Assembly: GCA_963932905.1 (NCBI GenBank)
Contig: CAWVRN010000015.1
Span: 35,595 to 99,594 of the forward strand
Direction: 5' to 3'
Length of the DNA: 64,000 bases
From: an uncultured Bdellovibrio sp.
GTDB lineage: Bacteria > Bdellovibrionota > Bdellovibrionia > Bdellovibrionales > Bdellovibrionaceae
Position 1 is the stretch's first letter, and every line of letters begins with the position of its first letter. Below the pieces are notes generated by a model. The model was not told the DNA's origin and made no database searches. It was given only the letters and a program-made list of their open reading frames with translations. The translations under genes and the position numbers were made by a program. Below, piece by piece: positions 8,943-18,671 of the stretch.

Positions 8943-11176
8943 CGGTTTAGTCCCTGCTGAATTTCGATTGCAACCGGTTGCATGATCTCGAGCTGAGTTC
9001 GATACTTCTGTGCAATCTTATTGTAGAGATTCGGCTCCTTCGGCGCATGGACGGTAATGACCAGCGAATATGGAATAGACTTCGCCGAAGTTGCTTTCGA
9101 GGCTCCGTCTCTAGCCACATAGTGGATATCAAAAACAGGATCATTGAAGTTCGCGCCCTGTTTTCTGACTGAATTGTGCAACACGGGCTCCCACTTGTGA
9201 GCATCATTTCTCAAATCGCTCTCGGAAGGGAATAGCTTCGCGCTACTAAAAAACGGCTGCGTAACATCCAAATTATTTATGTCAGGTCTAAATGTGATAA
9301 CTAGGCCACTGTTAGTATAATTCGATGGCTCTTGGGAGTTTATCTCGCACGAAAAGCAAAATGTGGCTTTCACGGTTACCATTCCCGCAAGACCCGAGAT
9401 CATAGGGATTCTAGCACGAACATATTTCGACGGCTCCAAAGTTCCCTGATAAATTATTTTTGCCGTAGAATCATCGGATGTTAGAAATGTTTCAACGTCA
9501 TTCGATATGCGCCCCCAACCAACATCTGCCACCGGATGGTTTCCGTTATCGGTATGATGAATAAGCAAAGTTTTACATCCTAACGGTATCAATCTGTTTC
9601 CTAAAGTTGATCTCAATCCCGAAGAAACTCTTAAAGCAAGCGGCGAAGAAAAGCTTGTACCCAGTTCTCCTTGCGCCTTTGGAGAAATTCTTGAATCAAC
9701 AACAAAAAATGGTTCCTTCTCACAACCCCCAAAAGCAATTAAATCTGGCTTAATAAAACCAGGTGCTCGACCTGGTCCGATTGAGCTGTAGTCGGCTCGT
9801 CGCCACTGCCCAGGAGAAGTCGAATCAGATGCGCCCACCGCCAATCCATTTACACAGTCTGACGGCACCTGGATTCTCGCATTTCCCGAATCGCGATCCA
9901 AGTCGCCATCATTGCCAACTGCAAATGAAGCCAATGTTTTGCCATTACTTAAAAGTTGATCGAATGTTGCGGTCCATACATGAACATCATCATCTTCAAT
10001 TGGCAGATGTGGCCCAAGACTAAGATTTATAAAGTCGTATTCCTTCTGCTTTAGTACCGACGTTACTCGATCAAGAACATCAAACAAATCCTCATCAACG
10101 TCTAACTGTTGATCATAAACTTTATAGTGATCAACAGTCGAAAAGGGGGCTTGCACTGGCTTACCTGATTCTATGGGGCCAAATAAGAAAGCAGAGGTAA
10201 CAGCCTCACCGTGCGACAAATCCTCCTCATCAGGCTCGCCGTGTCCAACCAAGTCCTTGTAGTTTACCCAAGGAAGTAAATGTGAATTTTCCGGAAGCCC
10301 ACCATCAAATATAGCAGTTCTAATCGAAAGATCCGATGCCGCCACTTTAGGTAGTTCATACTCAACTTGCTTCTTTGCTCTTCTTCGAGTTTTTCTAACT
10401 CCAACCATTGGCATCCGTCGTATAACTCGCAGAAATGCAAACTTCTCCAATAGAGCAATTTCTTTCTTCGTAGCCTCTACTGGTAAAAAGCAAAGTCCTT
10501 GCGCGAAAATTCTTCTATCGATATCAACATCGACCTGAACCTTCTTTGCGTAATGCACAAATGAATCAAGTATAAATGAGTCTTCTTTTGCATCTGAACA
10601 ATGAATCGCCACCTCATAGAGTTTTTCATTTGAATGAGCCTCTTTAGATTTTTTAACTCTCTCGCCCGGATAAAATGGATGAATATCTTCAATTTTTCTA
10701 AAATCTTCTAACCACTTGATATCAGTCTCATCCATCGTAGAAAGATCAACTTCACCATCTCGCATAAAAATAATGTTATTTGCCCAGTTTTCAAAATTCG
10801 TTTTTTTCCCTGCAATAAAAAGTGTAGTTGTCAGATAAGAGTCTTTAACTTTTTTCTGAGTGACCTTATCGGGCGAGATTTTTGCTGGTCGGCTACCGAC
10901 AGATCGAAGATCATACGCCCTAAGCAATGCCTCCGGGAAGTAGCTCTTTGATAAATAACTCGGATGGATTGTCACCGGAGTAACTACCTGACCTTCGGGA
11001 CACGCAAGCTCTGGCAACTGAAGCAAAGAACCCACGGTTTCTTCAAGAGGAGTTGATAGCCGCAAAATAGCATCTTCGATAGAATAAGGATGAGACTTTG
11101 TTGGCTTTATTTTAGGAGGCTCGATGGATGCGGTAAGCCTCTCGCCAAATCCAAATAGAAAGTTCTTATTTGCCAT
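8939..11176 (-). CDS. ietS: S8 subtilisin-like serine protease (IetS-type)
   Basis: Catalytic triad AIFDGG / SHGEAV / GTSFSSP; oxyanion region AVGNDG; KPDLIAFGG; lies directly downstream of an AAA ATPase; no signal peptide. Confidence 0.85.
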   Translation of the reverse strand: MANKNFLFGFGERLTASIEPPKIKPTKSHPYSIEDAILRLSTPLEETVGSLLQLPELACPEGQVVTPVTIHPSYLSKSYFPEALLRAYDLRSVGSRPAKISPDKVTQKKVKDSYLTTTLFIAGKKTNFENWANNIIFMRDGEVDLSTMDETDIKWLEDFRKIEDIHPFYPGERVKKSKEAHSNEKLYEVAIHCSDAKEDSFILDSFVHYAKKVQVDVDIDRRIFAQGLCFLPVEATKKEIALLEKFAFLRVIRRMPMVGVRKTRRRAKKQVEYELPKVAASDLSIRTAIFDGGLPENSHLLPWVNYKDLVGHGEPDEEDLSHGEAVTSAFLFGPIESGKPVQAPFSTVDHYKVYDQQLDVDEDLFDVLDRVTSVLKQKEYDFINLSLGPHLPIEDDDVHVWTATFDQLLSNGKTLASFAVGNDGDLDRDSGNARIQVPSDCVNGLAVGASDSTSPGQWRRADYSSIGPGRAPGFIKPDLIAFGGCEKEPFFVVDSRISPKAQGELGTSFSSPLALRVSSGLRSTLGNRLIPLGCKTLLIHHTDNGNHPVADVGWGRISNDVETFLTSDDSTAKIIYQGTLEPSKYVRARIPMISGLAGMVTVKATFCFSCEINSQEPSNYTNSGLVITFRPDINNLDVTQPFFSSAKLFPSESDLRNDAHKWEPVLHNSVRKQGANFNDPVFDIHYVARDGASKATSAKSIPYSLVITVHAPKEPNLYNKIAQKYRTQLEIMQPVAIEIQQGLNR

Positions 11177-11196
11177 TTACGATCTCCGTTCTCAAG

Positions 11197-12309
11197 CTAA
11201 GCCTCTGCTCCCGAGCCAGCCTTTTTTCTAATGGTGTCCCGACTTACTCCGGTCAATTCACTAATTTTTCGCTGAGAGGCATGACCGCTTTTATAAAGTG
11301 AATCCGCTATATTCATCCGATCTTCGTGAGAGATTCTGTTCATAGCTAGGGCGATATAACTTTCAACCGCTGAGTCAAAGTTTCCATTTCCTAGTATCGC
11401 AGTTTTTTTAAGATTTTTTATCTCTCTAATAATTTCAGAGTGCGACTGGTCCTTAAATAAAAGTGTCAGAACAGACAACAGGTCGGGACCAATTTGTACT
11501 CGTCCAGACAATTCCGCCTTGATAATATCAGTAACCTGACCTTCAGTTGGGCGAGGAAAGCGAATAATGCGATCAAAGCGTCGCCATACTGCTGGATCTA
11601 AAAGTTCGTCGTGATTCGTTGCTGCTATAATAAGATTATCCGATGGCCACGCATCTAACTCTTGGAGGAGAACTGTTACAAGTCGTTTCAATTCACCAAC
11701 CTCAGCAGAATCATCTCTTTTTTTTGCTATCGAATCCAACTCATCTAAAAAAAGAACGCACGTCGAACTTTTTGCAAAATCGAAAACATTTCGGATATTA
11801 CTTCCTGTGCGCCCTAAGAAACTGCTCATGACTGCTGACAAATCAAGAGTCAACAACGGTAGCTTCAGGTCTCGCGCAAGTATCTTAGCAGATAAGCTCT
11901 TGCCTACTCCGGGTGGGCCGACAAATAGCACTGCTCTAGTCGCTTCTGCTCCAGCCAACAGTAATTCTTTTAAGCGACTTCGTTCTGCGACAATTTCGTT
12001 AAGTTCATTTTGTATTCGATCTAAGAGAATAGGCTCATTATCAATTATCGGATTTTGATCCACCTTCAAAAGGCTTAATCGAGTATCCCTATCTACCGGC
12101 ATTGAATCTATCTCATTAGATCGAACCACCGATGAACGCTTAGGTAGCTGATTTACAATGTCCGCAAGTTCTTCCGCCGCATCTGGATCCCATTTTTGAA
12201 TCTTTCTAATGAGGCGACGAATATAGAACTCTAGGTCCTTACGAGACCCAGTTAGGGATAGCCTTGCCAGCTGGACTATTTCATTTGAAATTTTCTTTAT
12301 CTCTTCCAC
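11197..12309 (-). CDS. ietA: AAA+ ATPase (IetA-type) with C-terminal HTH
   Basis: GPPGVGKS, LFLDELD, AATNH..LDPAVWRRFD; C-terminal SQRKISELTGVSRDTIRK. Confidence 0.85.
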   Translation of the reverse strand: MEEIKKISNEIVQLARLSLTGSRKDLEFYIRRLIRKIQKWDPDAAEELADIVNQLPKRSSVVRSNEIDSMPVDRDTRLSLLKVDQNPIIDNEPILLDRIQNELNEIVAERSRLKELLLAGAEATRAVLFVGPPGVGKSLSAKILARDLKLPLLTLDLSAVMSSFLGRTGSNIRNVFDFAKSSTCVLFLDELDSIAKKRDDSAEVGELKRLVTVLLQELDAWPSDNLIIAATNHDELLDPAVWRRFDRIIRFPRPTEGQVTDIIKAELSGRVQIGPDLLSVLTLLFKDQSHSEIIREIKNLKKTAILGNGNFDSAVESYIALAMNRISHEDRMNIADSLYKSGHASQRKISELTGVSRDTIRKKAGSGAEA

Positions 12310-12478
12310 TTAGATCCTATATTTATGTATTTTCAATAAGTTATAGTATCATTTTAACTGGACTAGATCAATACATTTTTAAACTAACTAGTCCATTGTT
12401 GCATTTTGAGGCGATTTAACCTGTCCTCCGCTTTTGTAGTGAAAAATATGGCCAACCATGTGCGACATAGCAACTCGA

Positions 12479-14269
12479 TTAAAAATTGATCTCAAGATCG
12501 ACAGCGATAGGGTCAATGGGAGCTGATGAATTTTGGATCATGGACTGCGACATATCGATGGCACCCGTGACCATCCATTTGCTGTTGTTCTGATTGAGAT
12601 TCTTTTTTTCGGTTCGAGATTGCTGCACACAAACCAAACCATTAAGAAATAATTTACGGAGAGCCGCATTTGCCAATGCTGAATCTCTCTCGAATAGCTC
12701 CGTCAGATTTTCAAAATGTTTTCTTATGCTAAAAATTGTCACAAGAACCTTATCCGACTCCGCAACCTGCAAAAGACGAATCTGCTCTTCAGTGTAACGA
12801 AGTTCTATTTCTCGCTCACCGAGATTTACTTTTACCAGTTCTGCCGAATCAGCCCCTTGTTCGATAAAGTTCATCAAATTGCGAACCTTGCGCTGAATTT
12901 CATTTCGCCTTTGCTGAAGCTGGCTTATTTCAACCGGCACTGATCTTAATCGCTGATTGATTTTTTTATTGATAATGCTTACTGCAAGTTGAATGTTCTG
13001 CTCGCTTAGAAGAATCTCCTTTACCTTCTCGACAACAAATTTCTCGAGCTTCAGGCGATGAATAAGGAATTTATTCTTACAAACCTCTTTGCTCTTTCTA
13101 TGATGTGTAAAGCAGCCATAGTAACCACCGCGACGACCAGTGATTTGCAGCATATTGGATCCACATTCAGAACATTTTAAGATTCCCGCCAACAGCGATT
13201 CAGATTTTGATCCAATCACTTTTGATGCTCGTGCGTATGAAAATGAATCGGTGCCTTCCTCTTTCTTACGGTATTCTCTTATCTCGATAGTTTTTTGAAC
13301 CTTTACCCAAGTATCAATATCAATGATTATCAAATCTTGCCGAATGTCTTTACCCTGATGATGCTTGACCCAAAGGTTTCGGGGCTGCTGTCGCTTTTCG
13401 TATTTATCCGTATCAGGATTCAGAATCCTTGTTGTCTTACCCCATTCCCATATACCGATGTACTTTTCGCGTGTCAGAATTTTCCGAACTGTGGTCTGAC
13501 TCCAATTACAGACGCGGCCAGTTCGAGTTCTCCCTCTTCGCGGAGAAGGGATATTTCGTTTATTTAAAAGTTTAGCCGTAGATGAAAAACCTAAGCCCTT
13601 TAAGCGCAGTTCAAAAATAAGTCTGACAACCGCCGCTTCTTCCAAATTTACTTCCAACTTATAATGCGACGGAATTTCAATTCCACCTTTTGGACGCGTC
13701 CTCGTTGGTATGCTGTTGTAGCCGTAACAAACATCGCCTGAACTAAAGCCATCAAGAACTCTAATCTCCTGACCTCGCTTAGTTCGATGGGCGAGATCCT
13801 CATTCGCCATCTGGTTCGCCATGCCCTTGAATGTGAAGTTGATCATTGAGTTAGGCTGCTCGGAGGAAATGCCGTCGCAAATGCTTATAAGTTCGATGTT
13901 GTTAAACTTCAGCAGCTTGTGCAAATTGACCTGAGTTCCAAGATCGCGGGTAAGTCTTGAAAGATCATCTACAATTACCGCATCGAACTTCTTTTGCCGA
14001 ATACCATTGAGAAGGGCTTCATAGCCAATGCGGCTTCCAACTTTGCCCGACACTGCTTCATCCTTGAAAATACACCCATCCATGATTTGAATTTGGTATT
14101 CGGCCAACGGAAATTTCGTGAAGATCACTTGGTTATTTTCAACCCGATATTGGATACGTCGAATTTGATCATCAGCCGATACTGGAGATTGGTTGTCTGA
14201 ACTGAACCGTGCATATAATCCAACACGGCAGATGTTTTTTGATTTTAGTATTGTCTGGCGCGTATTCAT
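12479..14269 (-). CDS. Large serine recombinase (integrase)
   Basis: YARFSS catalytic motif, DDLSRLTR, recombinase domain, zinc ribbon LLAGILKCSECG, coiled coil. Confidence 0.93.
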   Translation of the reverse strand: MNTRQTILKSKNICRVGLYARFSSDNQSPVSADDQIRRIQYRVENNQVIFTKFPLAEYQIQIMDGCIFKDEAVSGKVGSRIGYEALLNGIRQKKFDAVIVDDLSRLTRDLGTQVNLHKLLKFNNIELISICDGISSEQPNSMINFTFKGMANQMANEDLAHRTKRGQEIRVLDGFSSGDVCYGYNSIPTRTRPKGGIEIPSHYKLEVNLEEAAVVRLIFELRLKGLGFSSTAKLLNKRNIPSPRRGRTRTGRVCNWSQTTVRKILTREKYIGIWEWGKTTRILNPDTDKYEKRQQPRNLWVKHHQGKDIRQDLIIIDIDTWVKVQKTIEIREYRKKEEGTDSFSYARASKVIGSKSESLLAGILKCSECGSNMLQITGRRGGYYGCFTHHRKSKEVCKNKFLIHRLKLEKFVVEKVKEILLSEQNIQLAVSIINKKINQRLRSVPVEISQLQQRRNEIQRKVRNLMNFIEQGADSAELVKVNLGEREIELRYTEEQIRLLQVAESDKVLVTIFSIRKHFENLTELFERDSALANAALRKLFLNGLVCVQQSRTEKKNLNQNNSKWMVTGAIDMSQSMIQNSSAPIDPIAVDLEINF

Positions 14270-14604
14270 TAAACTGCAATCTCCTTTCTAATGATCTCGT
14301 CGCAAATGAGATCAAGTATTGTGTTGAGTCCTGCGTGAGTCTCATCAAGTTGCATGATATTCAGCTCACCGTTCGCATAAGGTCCCGTCTTCGCAATGGC
14401 CTTATACTTGTTTCTGCGCCATATATTGTGACAGCCACCACAGCGGCCTTCACGACGACCTCCCCCTTTGGGTGGAAATTGCAAAATGGGGAATGTCTGC
14501 TTGCAATCACGGCAAGTTCTTAGTTCGGCACACGCCCTCGTCTTATCAACGGGTTCAACGTGTTGGCACGAGACCTGAAAATCTTTTTCATCCTGTTGGT
14601 TCAA
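14269..14604 (-). CDS. Small Cys-rich (CxxC...CxxC) protein coupled to the recombinase
   Basis: CRDC and CGGC motifs; its stop overlaps the recombinase ATG (TAATG); start codon uncertain. Confidence 0.5.
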   Translation of the reverse strand: MNQQDEKDFQVSCQHVEPVDKTRACAELRTCRDCKQTFPILQFPPKGGGRREGRCGGCHNIWRRNKYKAIAKTGPYANGELNIMQLDETHAGLNTILDLICDEIIRKEIAV

Positions 14605-14783
14605 TGTTCATATACTACCTCCCCTCTGTCAGATTACGTCTTGGCAGTACCGCCCCTGTCCGACCCTTTTCCTGGAGGTGACTCTACCGATGCAGATTCC
14701 TGCCTCTAGCAAGAGTCACCTCTTAAAAGAAGGATAGCTACGCTATCCTTAAAGAGATCCCTACGGGACTCTTTTCTCCCACC

Positions 14784-15668
14784 TTAATGTTGAGAAAAAC
14801 CTCTAATGCCCTGGGTGTAAATCTCATTTAGGGTTGGCTGCATTTCTTCAAGGTCATAGAAATTACCGAACTTCTTTGCGAAATTGCCTTTATATTTTTT
14901 ATTGAGTTTCTTGCGAGTATGCCAGTAACCCCAACGCAGACATTTCTGTTCAAATTCAAAATAGTTTCGCCATACTTGAGGTCTGGCATTTTTTCTCGGT
15001 TCGATAAATCTAAAGTGGTGGGATGTACAACCAGCGAAGGGCTCGATCTCAAGAACTTGAGATAGGTTCTCTACACGCATTTCATCTTCAGGTTCCCAAG
15101 TAATTTCAATTCGAGAGCACGGGTAGTTGATAGTTTGCTGATTTCTCTTTGCCTTAGCTTTCATCTCTTTCGTCTTGTCGTAAATTTTAATTTCAATTTT
15201 CTTACCGAGTTTACCAACATAAGCAGTCTCACCTCTGCCTTCGACACCAACGTGCTTGATGTATCGGCGAAAGCCGAAGTCCAAGCCCATATACAAAGAA
15301 TAAAAGTCACAGGGAAAAGTTAGAGCAACATCGATATATTTGATATTGGCTCTCAGGCCGGGTCGGCCAAGAACAGACTCTATTGCATCAAGACAATCCC
15401 ATATAGTATTGAAGCGAGAAGGATTCAGACTAAATCTTAATCCAGCATCAAAAGCATCTGCGAAAAACAGAGTTGCTCCGTGCCCCTTCGGCAAGTCTTT
15501 GATGACGTACCCGTCACCTTTATTTGCCGATTGGGCACGTCCAATAAGGGCTTCTCGATCAAGAGGATAGTTGGTAGTAAAGACAAGTTTATCAAGAGAC
15601 GCGACAACCGCAGACTCGTGAACTCGTCCCGCGGCGACCTCGTCGAAAGAAGGAGTGAAGCTAATCAT
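14784..15668 (-). CDS. Rep_trans-like rolling-circle replication initiator/relaxase
   Basis: Motif order LDKLVFT, LNPSRF, YIDVALTF, GETAYVG, KIYDKTKE, RIEI matches Rep_trans/CRI-type initiators. Confidence 0.7.
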   Translation of the reverse strand: MISFTPSFDEVAAGRVHESAVVASLDKLVFTTNYPLDREALIGRAQSANKGDGYVIKDLPKGHGATLFFADAFDAGLRFSLNPSRFNTIWDCLDAIESVLGRPGLRANIKYIDVALTFPCDFYSLYMGLDFGFRRYIKHVGVEGRGETAYVGKLGKKIEIKIYDKTKEMKAKAKRNQQTINYPCSRIEITWEPEDEMRVENLSQVLEIEPFAGCTSHHFRFIEPRKNARPQVWRNYFEFEQKCLRWGYWHTRKKLNKKYKGNFAKKFGNFYDLEEMQPTLNEIYTQGIRGFSQH

Positions 15669-15921
15669 GCCAAACCCCCTCTGCGAGTGGGTCTCGGCGG
15701 AATTGATTCCGATAGGAAGTTACGACGGTATCCCCCATGTTATTGGGAGATGATTCGCCGTCTAAGTGTTGAAGTAAATCCCGTCTTAGGTCGTTCAGGT
15801 GTGTTAAAAGTTGCCGCCGGAAAAGGGGCAGCTTCCTGTCGTCGAAGTATATCGACTCTGCCAGATTTAGTATGGCATTGATCCGTTTATTTATTATTTG
15901 ATTTGTTTTTTTCTTTTTCAT
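15661..15921 (-). CDS. Small hypothetical protein upstream of rep
   Basis: 86-aa ORF with RBS GGAGG; overlaps the rep start. Confidence 0.6.
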   Translation of the reverse strand: MKKKKTNQIINKRINAILNLAESIYFDDRKLPLFRRQLLTHLNDLRRDLLQHLDGESSPNNMGDTVVTSYRNQFRRDPLAEGVWHD

Positions 15922-15989
15922 ATCGCCTCCATTGAGGCGAAGTTCTGCTTTAAATTTGTGAGATTTGCGATAAGTACTTAGGTAAGTGC

Positions 15990-16655
15990 TTATTTACTCC
16001 TACGTTTCCTTTTGAAATCCAAATCTAAGAGGGGGGCTTGTTCAATAAGTTTCTTTGCCATCTGTAAATTATTTGAAACAGTCTTGTGATGCCTGCTTGG
16101 CTTATTCGTCTTCGTTATTTCATAAAATTTAGGAAGGCGTTTTGCGATTTCATATGTAGATGCTTTGGGATTTTTTAAATGAACTTTGTAAGTAGCAATA
16201 ATCGTATCTAGTCGTTTTTTATCAAGCCGATTTCTTTTAACTGATTTCGCAACCTTCACTTTCATCTGTTCTTTTAATCCAAATACTTCTTTCTGAAAAT
16301 CAGCATAGTCTTTAGGCAAAAGATTTTTCATATCAAAGGCAACAAGAAGATATCGTGGTTCGTTTGGATTATCCGGTTGAAGCGTAGAAATGTCTTCGGC
16401 AATCACATTTTCACGCGTAATACTATTGTAGCTAAAAATGCCAAAGTTGGAAATTTTCTCAAAAAAGATCTCAGGAAGAATATCTGGATCCTCATCACGC
16501 CAATCTGGATAACTTCGCAATCCCCATCGTTTGTGAAGCTCTAGTAAGGTCAGCTCACCGGCAGTGTATTTGTCGTACATATTTTGATACTCAGAATTTA
16601 GCCTGAGAAACTGCCATGTATAGTATAAAACGTCTTCATCAAAATCTGGGTGCAT
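15990..16655 (-). CDS. Putative mobile-element transcriptional activator (DUF6499-like N-terminus, C-terminal HTH-like)
   Basis: TWQFLRLNSEYQ resembles the WEFLRRNxxY motif; C-terminal STYEIAKRL..KTVSNNL. Confidence 0.5.
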   Translation of the reverse strand: MHPDFDEDVLYYTWQFLRLNSEYQNMYDKYTAGELTLLELHKRWGLRSYPDWRDEDPDILPEIFFEKISNFGIFSYNSITRENVIAEDISTLQPDNPNEPRYLLVAFDMKNLLPKDYADFQKEVFGLKEQMKVKVAKSVKRNRLDKKRLDTIIATYKVHLKNPKASTYEIAKRLPKFYEITKTNKPSRHHKTVSNNLQMAKKLIEQAPLLDLDFKRKRRSK

Positions 16656-16795
16656 ATCAAATTGATTTTACTTTTTATGTCTCAGAAATGCAATGTCGGT
16701 GAACCGGTGTTCTTTTCTCTTACCCTACAAAATTTTATGAGAGCCTAGAGTGGCCTTTATTTATTAAGGACAATCCTAAAAAAACACACCGGGGG

Positions 16796-17410
16796 TCATA
16801 ACACAGCATCGACTCGAACTTGAGTTTGCTCGGTGAAGTGCAGATACATCGCGGTGATCGTAGGCGACGAGTGACCTAGGATTTTTTGAACTTCGGCGAG
16901 ATTGAACCCATTGTTCAGCAGAAAAGTAGCAAAGTGATGCCGAAGACTGTGATAGTTGATCGACCGTTCGATGTTGCACCTGCATCGCCAGTAAGTGAAC
17001 CGACGAGCAACGGCATGACGGGTGAAGGGCTCTCCATTTCGATTTAGGAAAAGGAAGGAATCTGATGTCACGGACTGGTTCATCAGTCCATCTTTCAGCC
17101 GAATGAGTTCGTCAATGGCGGCGCGTCCGCGTTTGCCGAGAGGAATTATCCGAAGCTTACGACCTTTACCGACCACCTTGACCGAGTTCTCTGCGATGTC
17201 GCCGATCTTGATATTGGCAGCTTCTGAAACTCGCAGACCAGTCAGCGAACCAATTAAAATTAGGAAGTAGTCGTTGATGAAATGAAGGTGTCTTCCGGTT
17301 CGCAGAGATTGCTCCATCGACGGTTTGATTGTCTTGAGCATGAGTTTAAGTTCGGAATCTGAGAGGATCTTGTCCTCGGTCAGCGCATAATTCTTGGGAT
17401 TTCGGTTCAT
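16796..17410 (-). CDS. Short tyrosine recombinase (catalytic domain only, Xer/resolvase-like)
   Basis: TGLRVSE, GKGRK, HSLRH, LGHSS, TAMY; start ATG at 17410 after AGGAGG. Confidence 0.9.
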   Translation of the reverse strand: MNRNPKNYALTEDKILSDSELKLMLKTIKPSMEQSLRTGRHLHFINDYFLILIGSLTGLRVSEAANIKIGDIAENSVKVVGKGRKLRIIPLGKRGRAAIDELIRLKDGLMNQSVTSDSFLFLNRNGEPFTRHAVARRFTYWRCRCNIERSINYHSLRHHFATFLLNNGFNLAEVQKILGHSSPTITAMYLHFTEQTQVRVDAVL

Positions 17411-18140
17411 TTTAGTCCTCCTGATCACCGTAGTTATCGGATCACAAGACTATCTTCCCAACTGATAACGGGTTCATCACCAGGCAAGATCGAACCGAAT
17501 TGATCGGCACTAGAACCATCACAGAAATCAAACGGTTATAAAGATAGTTACCAGAACAGAGATTTTGATAACTGGAATGAGATCAACCGATCAGCTTAGA
17601 GTTTTAGGGCCAGGCCACGGATTTACTACAATCTCCTCGGGAGCCCCCCATTTTGCACCGGTATTAATGGATTTAGTGGACGGGGCCGTCACCCAAAGAA
17701 GATACATCCAGTTTTCGATGGTACTTTTTGTACTGATTTTAGAAATCAATCACCGCAGAGACAAGGGCGGGAACTCGGAACTTTCTTGAGTGCTTTCAAC
17801 GTGTGGGCTAACTCCCTGACTTGCCATCTTTCTATCTAGAGGCATAACCAGGATTTTAAATACTTCTCTGGATCTATTATGCCTTGTTGATGTTTTTCCC
17901 GATCTCATTATTTGTCTATCTCTTTGGAATTACTTATCGATCAGTCTTTTCGGTTGGGCAGTATGCTCCTATCTTTTGTTACCTTTTTTTGTATTTTCTT
18001 GGACATTACGGGGACTCTCCCTTGGTAGTGTTGGCTTTTAAGTCTTTTCAGAACGTGCTATTTCAACGAATATTTAGGTCATTGCGGTAAGCTGCGGTGT
18101 TGCGGTGATCTGCGGTGGCATACACCTTTAATAGTTCTAT

Positions 18141-18662
18141 TTACTTTGCATCTGGCAATTTTGAACCAGTGTCTTTGAGCTGGCCAAGGCATTGACGAGG
18201 CTTTTCAATGCGTACAACTTTGCGACCTACTATCTCACCGTGAGTGAAAACCACGGCCTGCATATAGTCGAACTTCTTTTTAAGATCGTCAAAGCAGAGT
18301 CTGTATTTAGGGTGAACCTGTATTAAAAAATCTCCTTGCCCTTTAGAGCTATAGGCAAAGTGATAGTAGCCGTCATCGAAAATCTCATTCTTCAAATCAA
18401 CTGCATCGACATCAATTTGCATGATGTATCGCTGCCGCTTGCTTGAGTCGTTTTCGTAATCGGTTTTATCCTTTTTAAGAACATCCGAGTGAGGCAATTG
18501 CGGGAAATGTTGGTCTTTGACCATGCCCTCCCATTGCTTCCAAAGTTGGTGGTCGGCACGAGCCCCGCCAGGAGGAGACTCAATGGGTCCAAGATACTTC
18601 TTCTTGGCATTAGCGGCCATTGTTATAGAAAAGACTACTGCAATAATCATCATATGTTTCAT
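18141..18662 (-). CDS. Hypothetical secreted protein
   Basis: Signal-peptide-like MKHMMIIAVVFSITMAANA; RBS GGAG. Confidence 0.7.
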   Translation of the reverse strand: MKHMMIIAVVFSITMAANAKKKYLGPIESPPGGARADHQLWKQWEGMVKDQHFPQLPHSDVLKKDKTDYENDSSKRQRYIMQIDVDAVDLKNEIFDDGYYHFAYSSKGQGDFLIQVHPKYRLCFDDLKKKFDYMQAVVFTHGEIVGRKVVRIEKPRQCLGQLKDTGSKLPDAK

Positions 18663-18671
18663 AGGTTCTCC

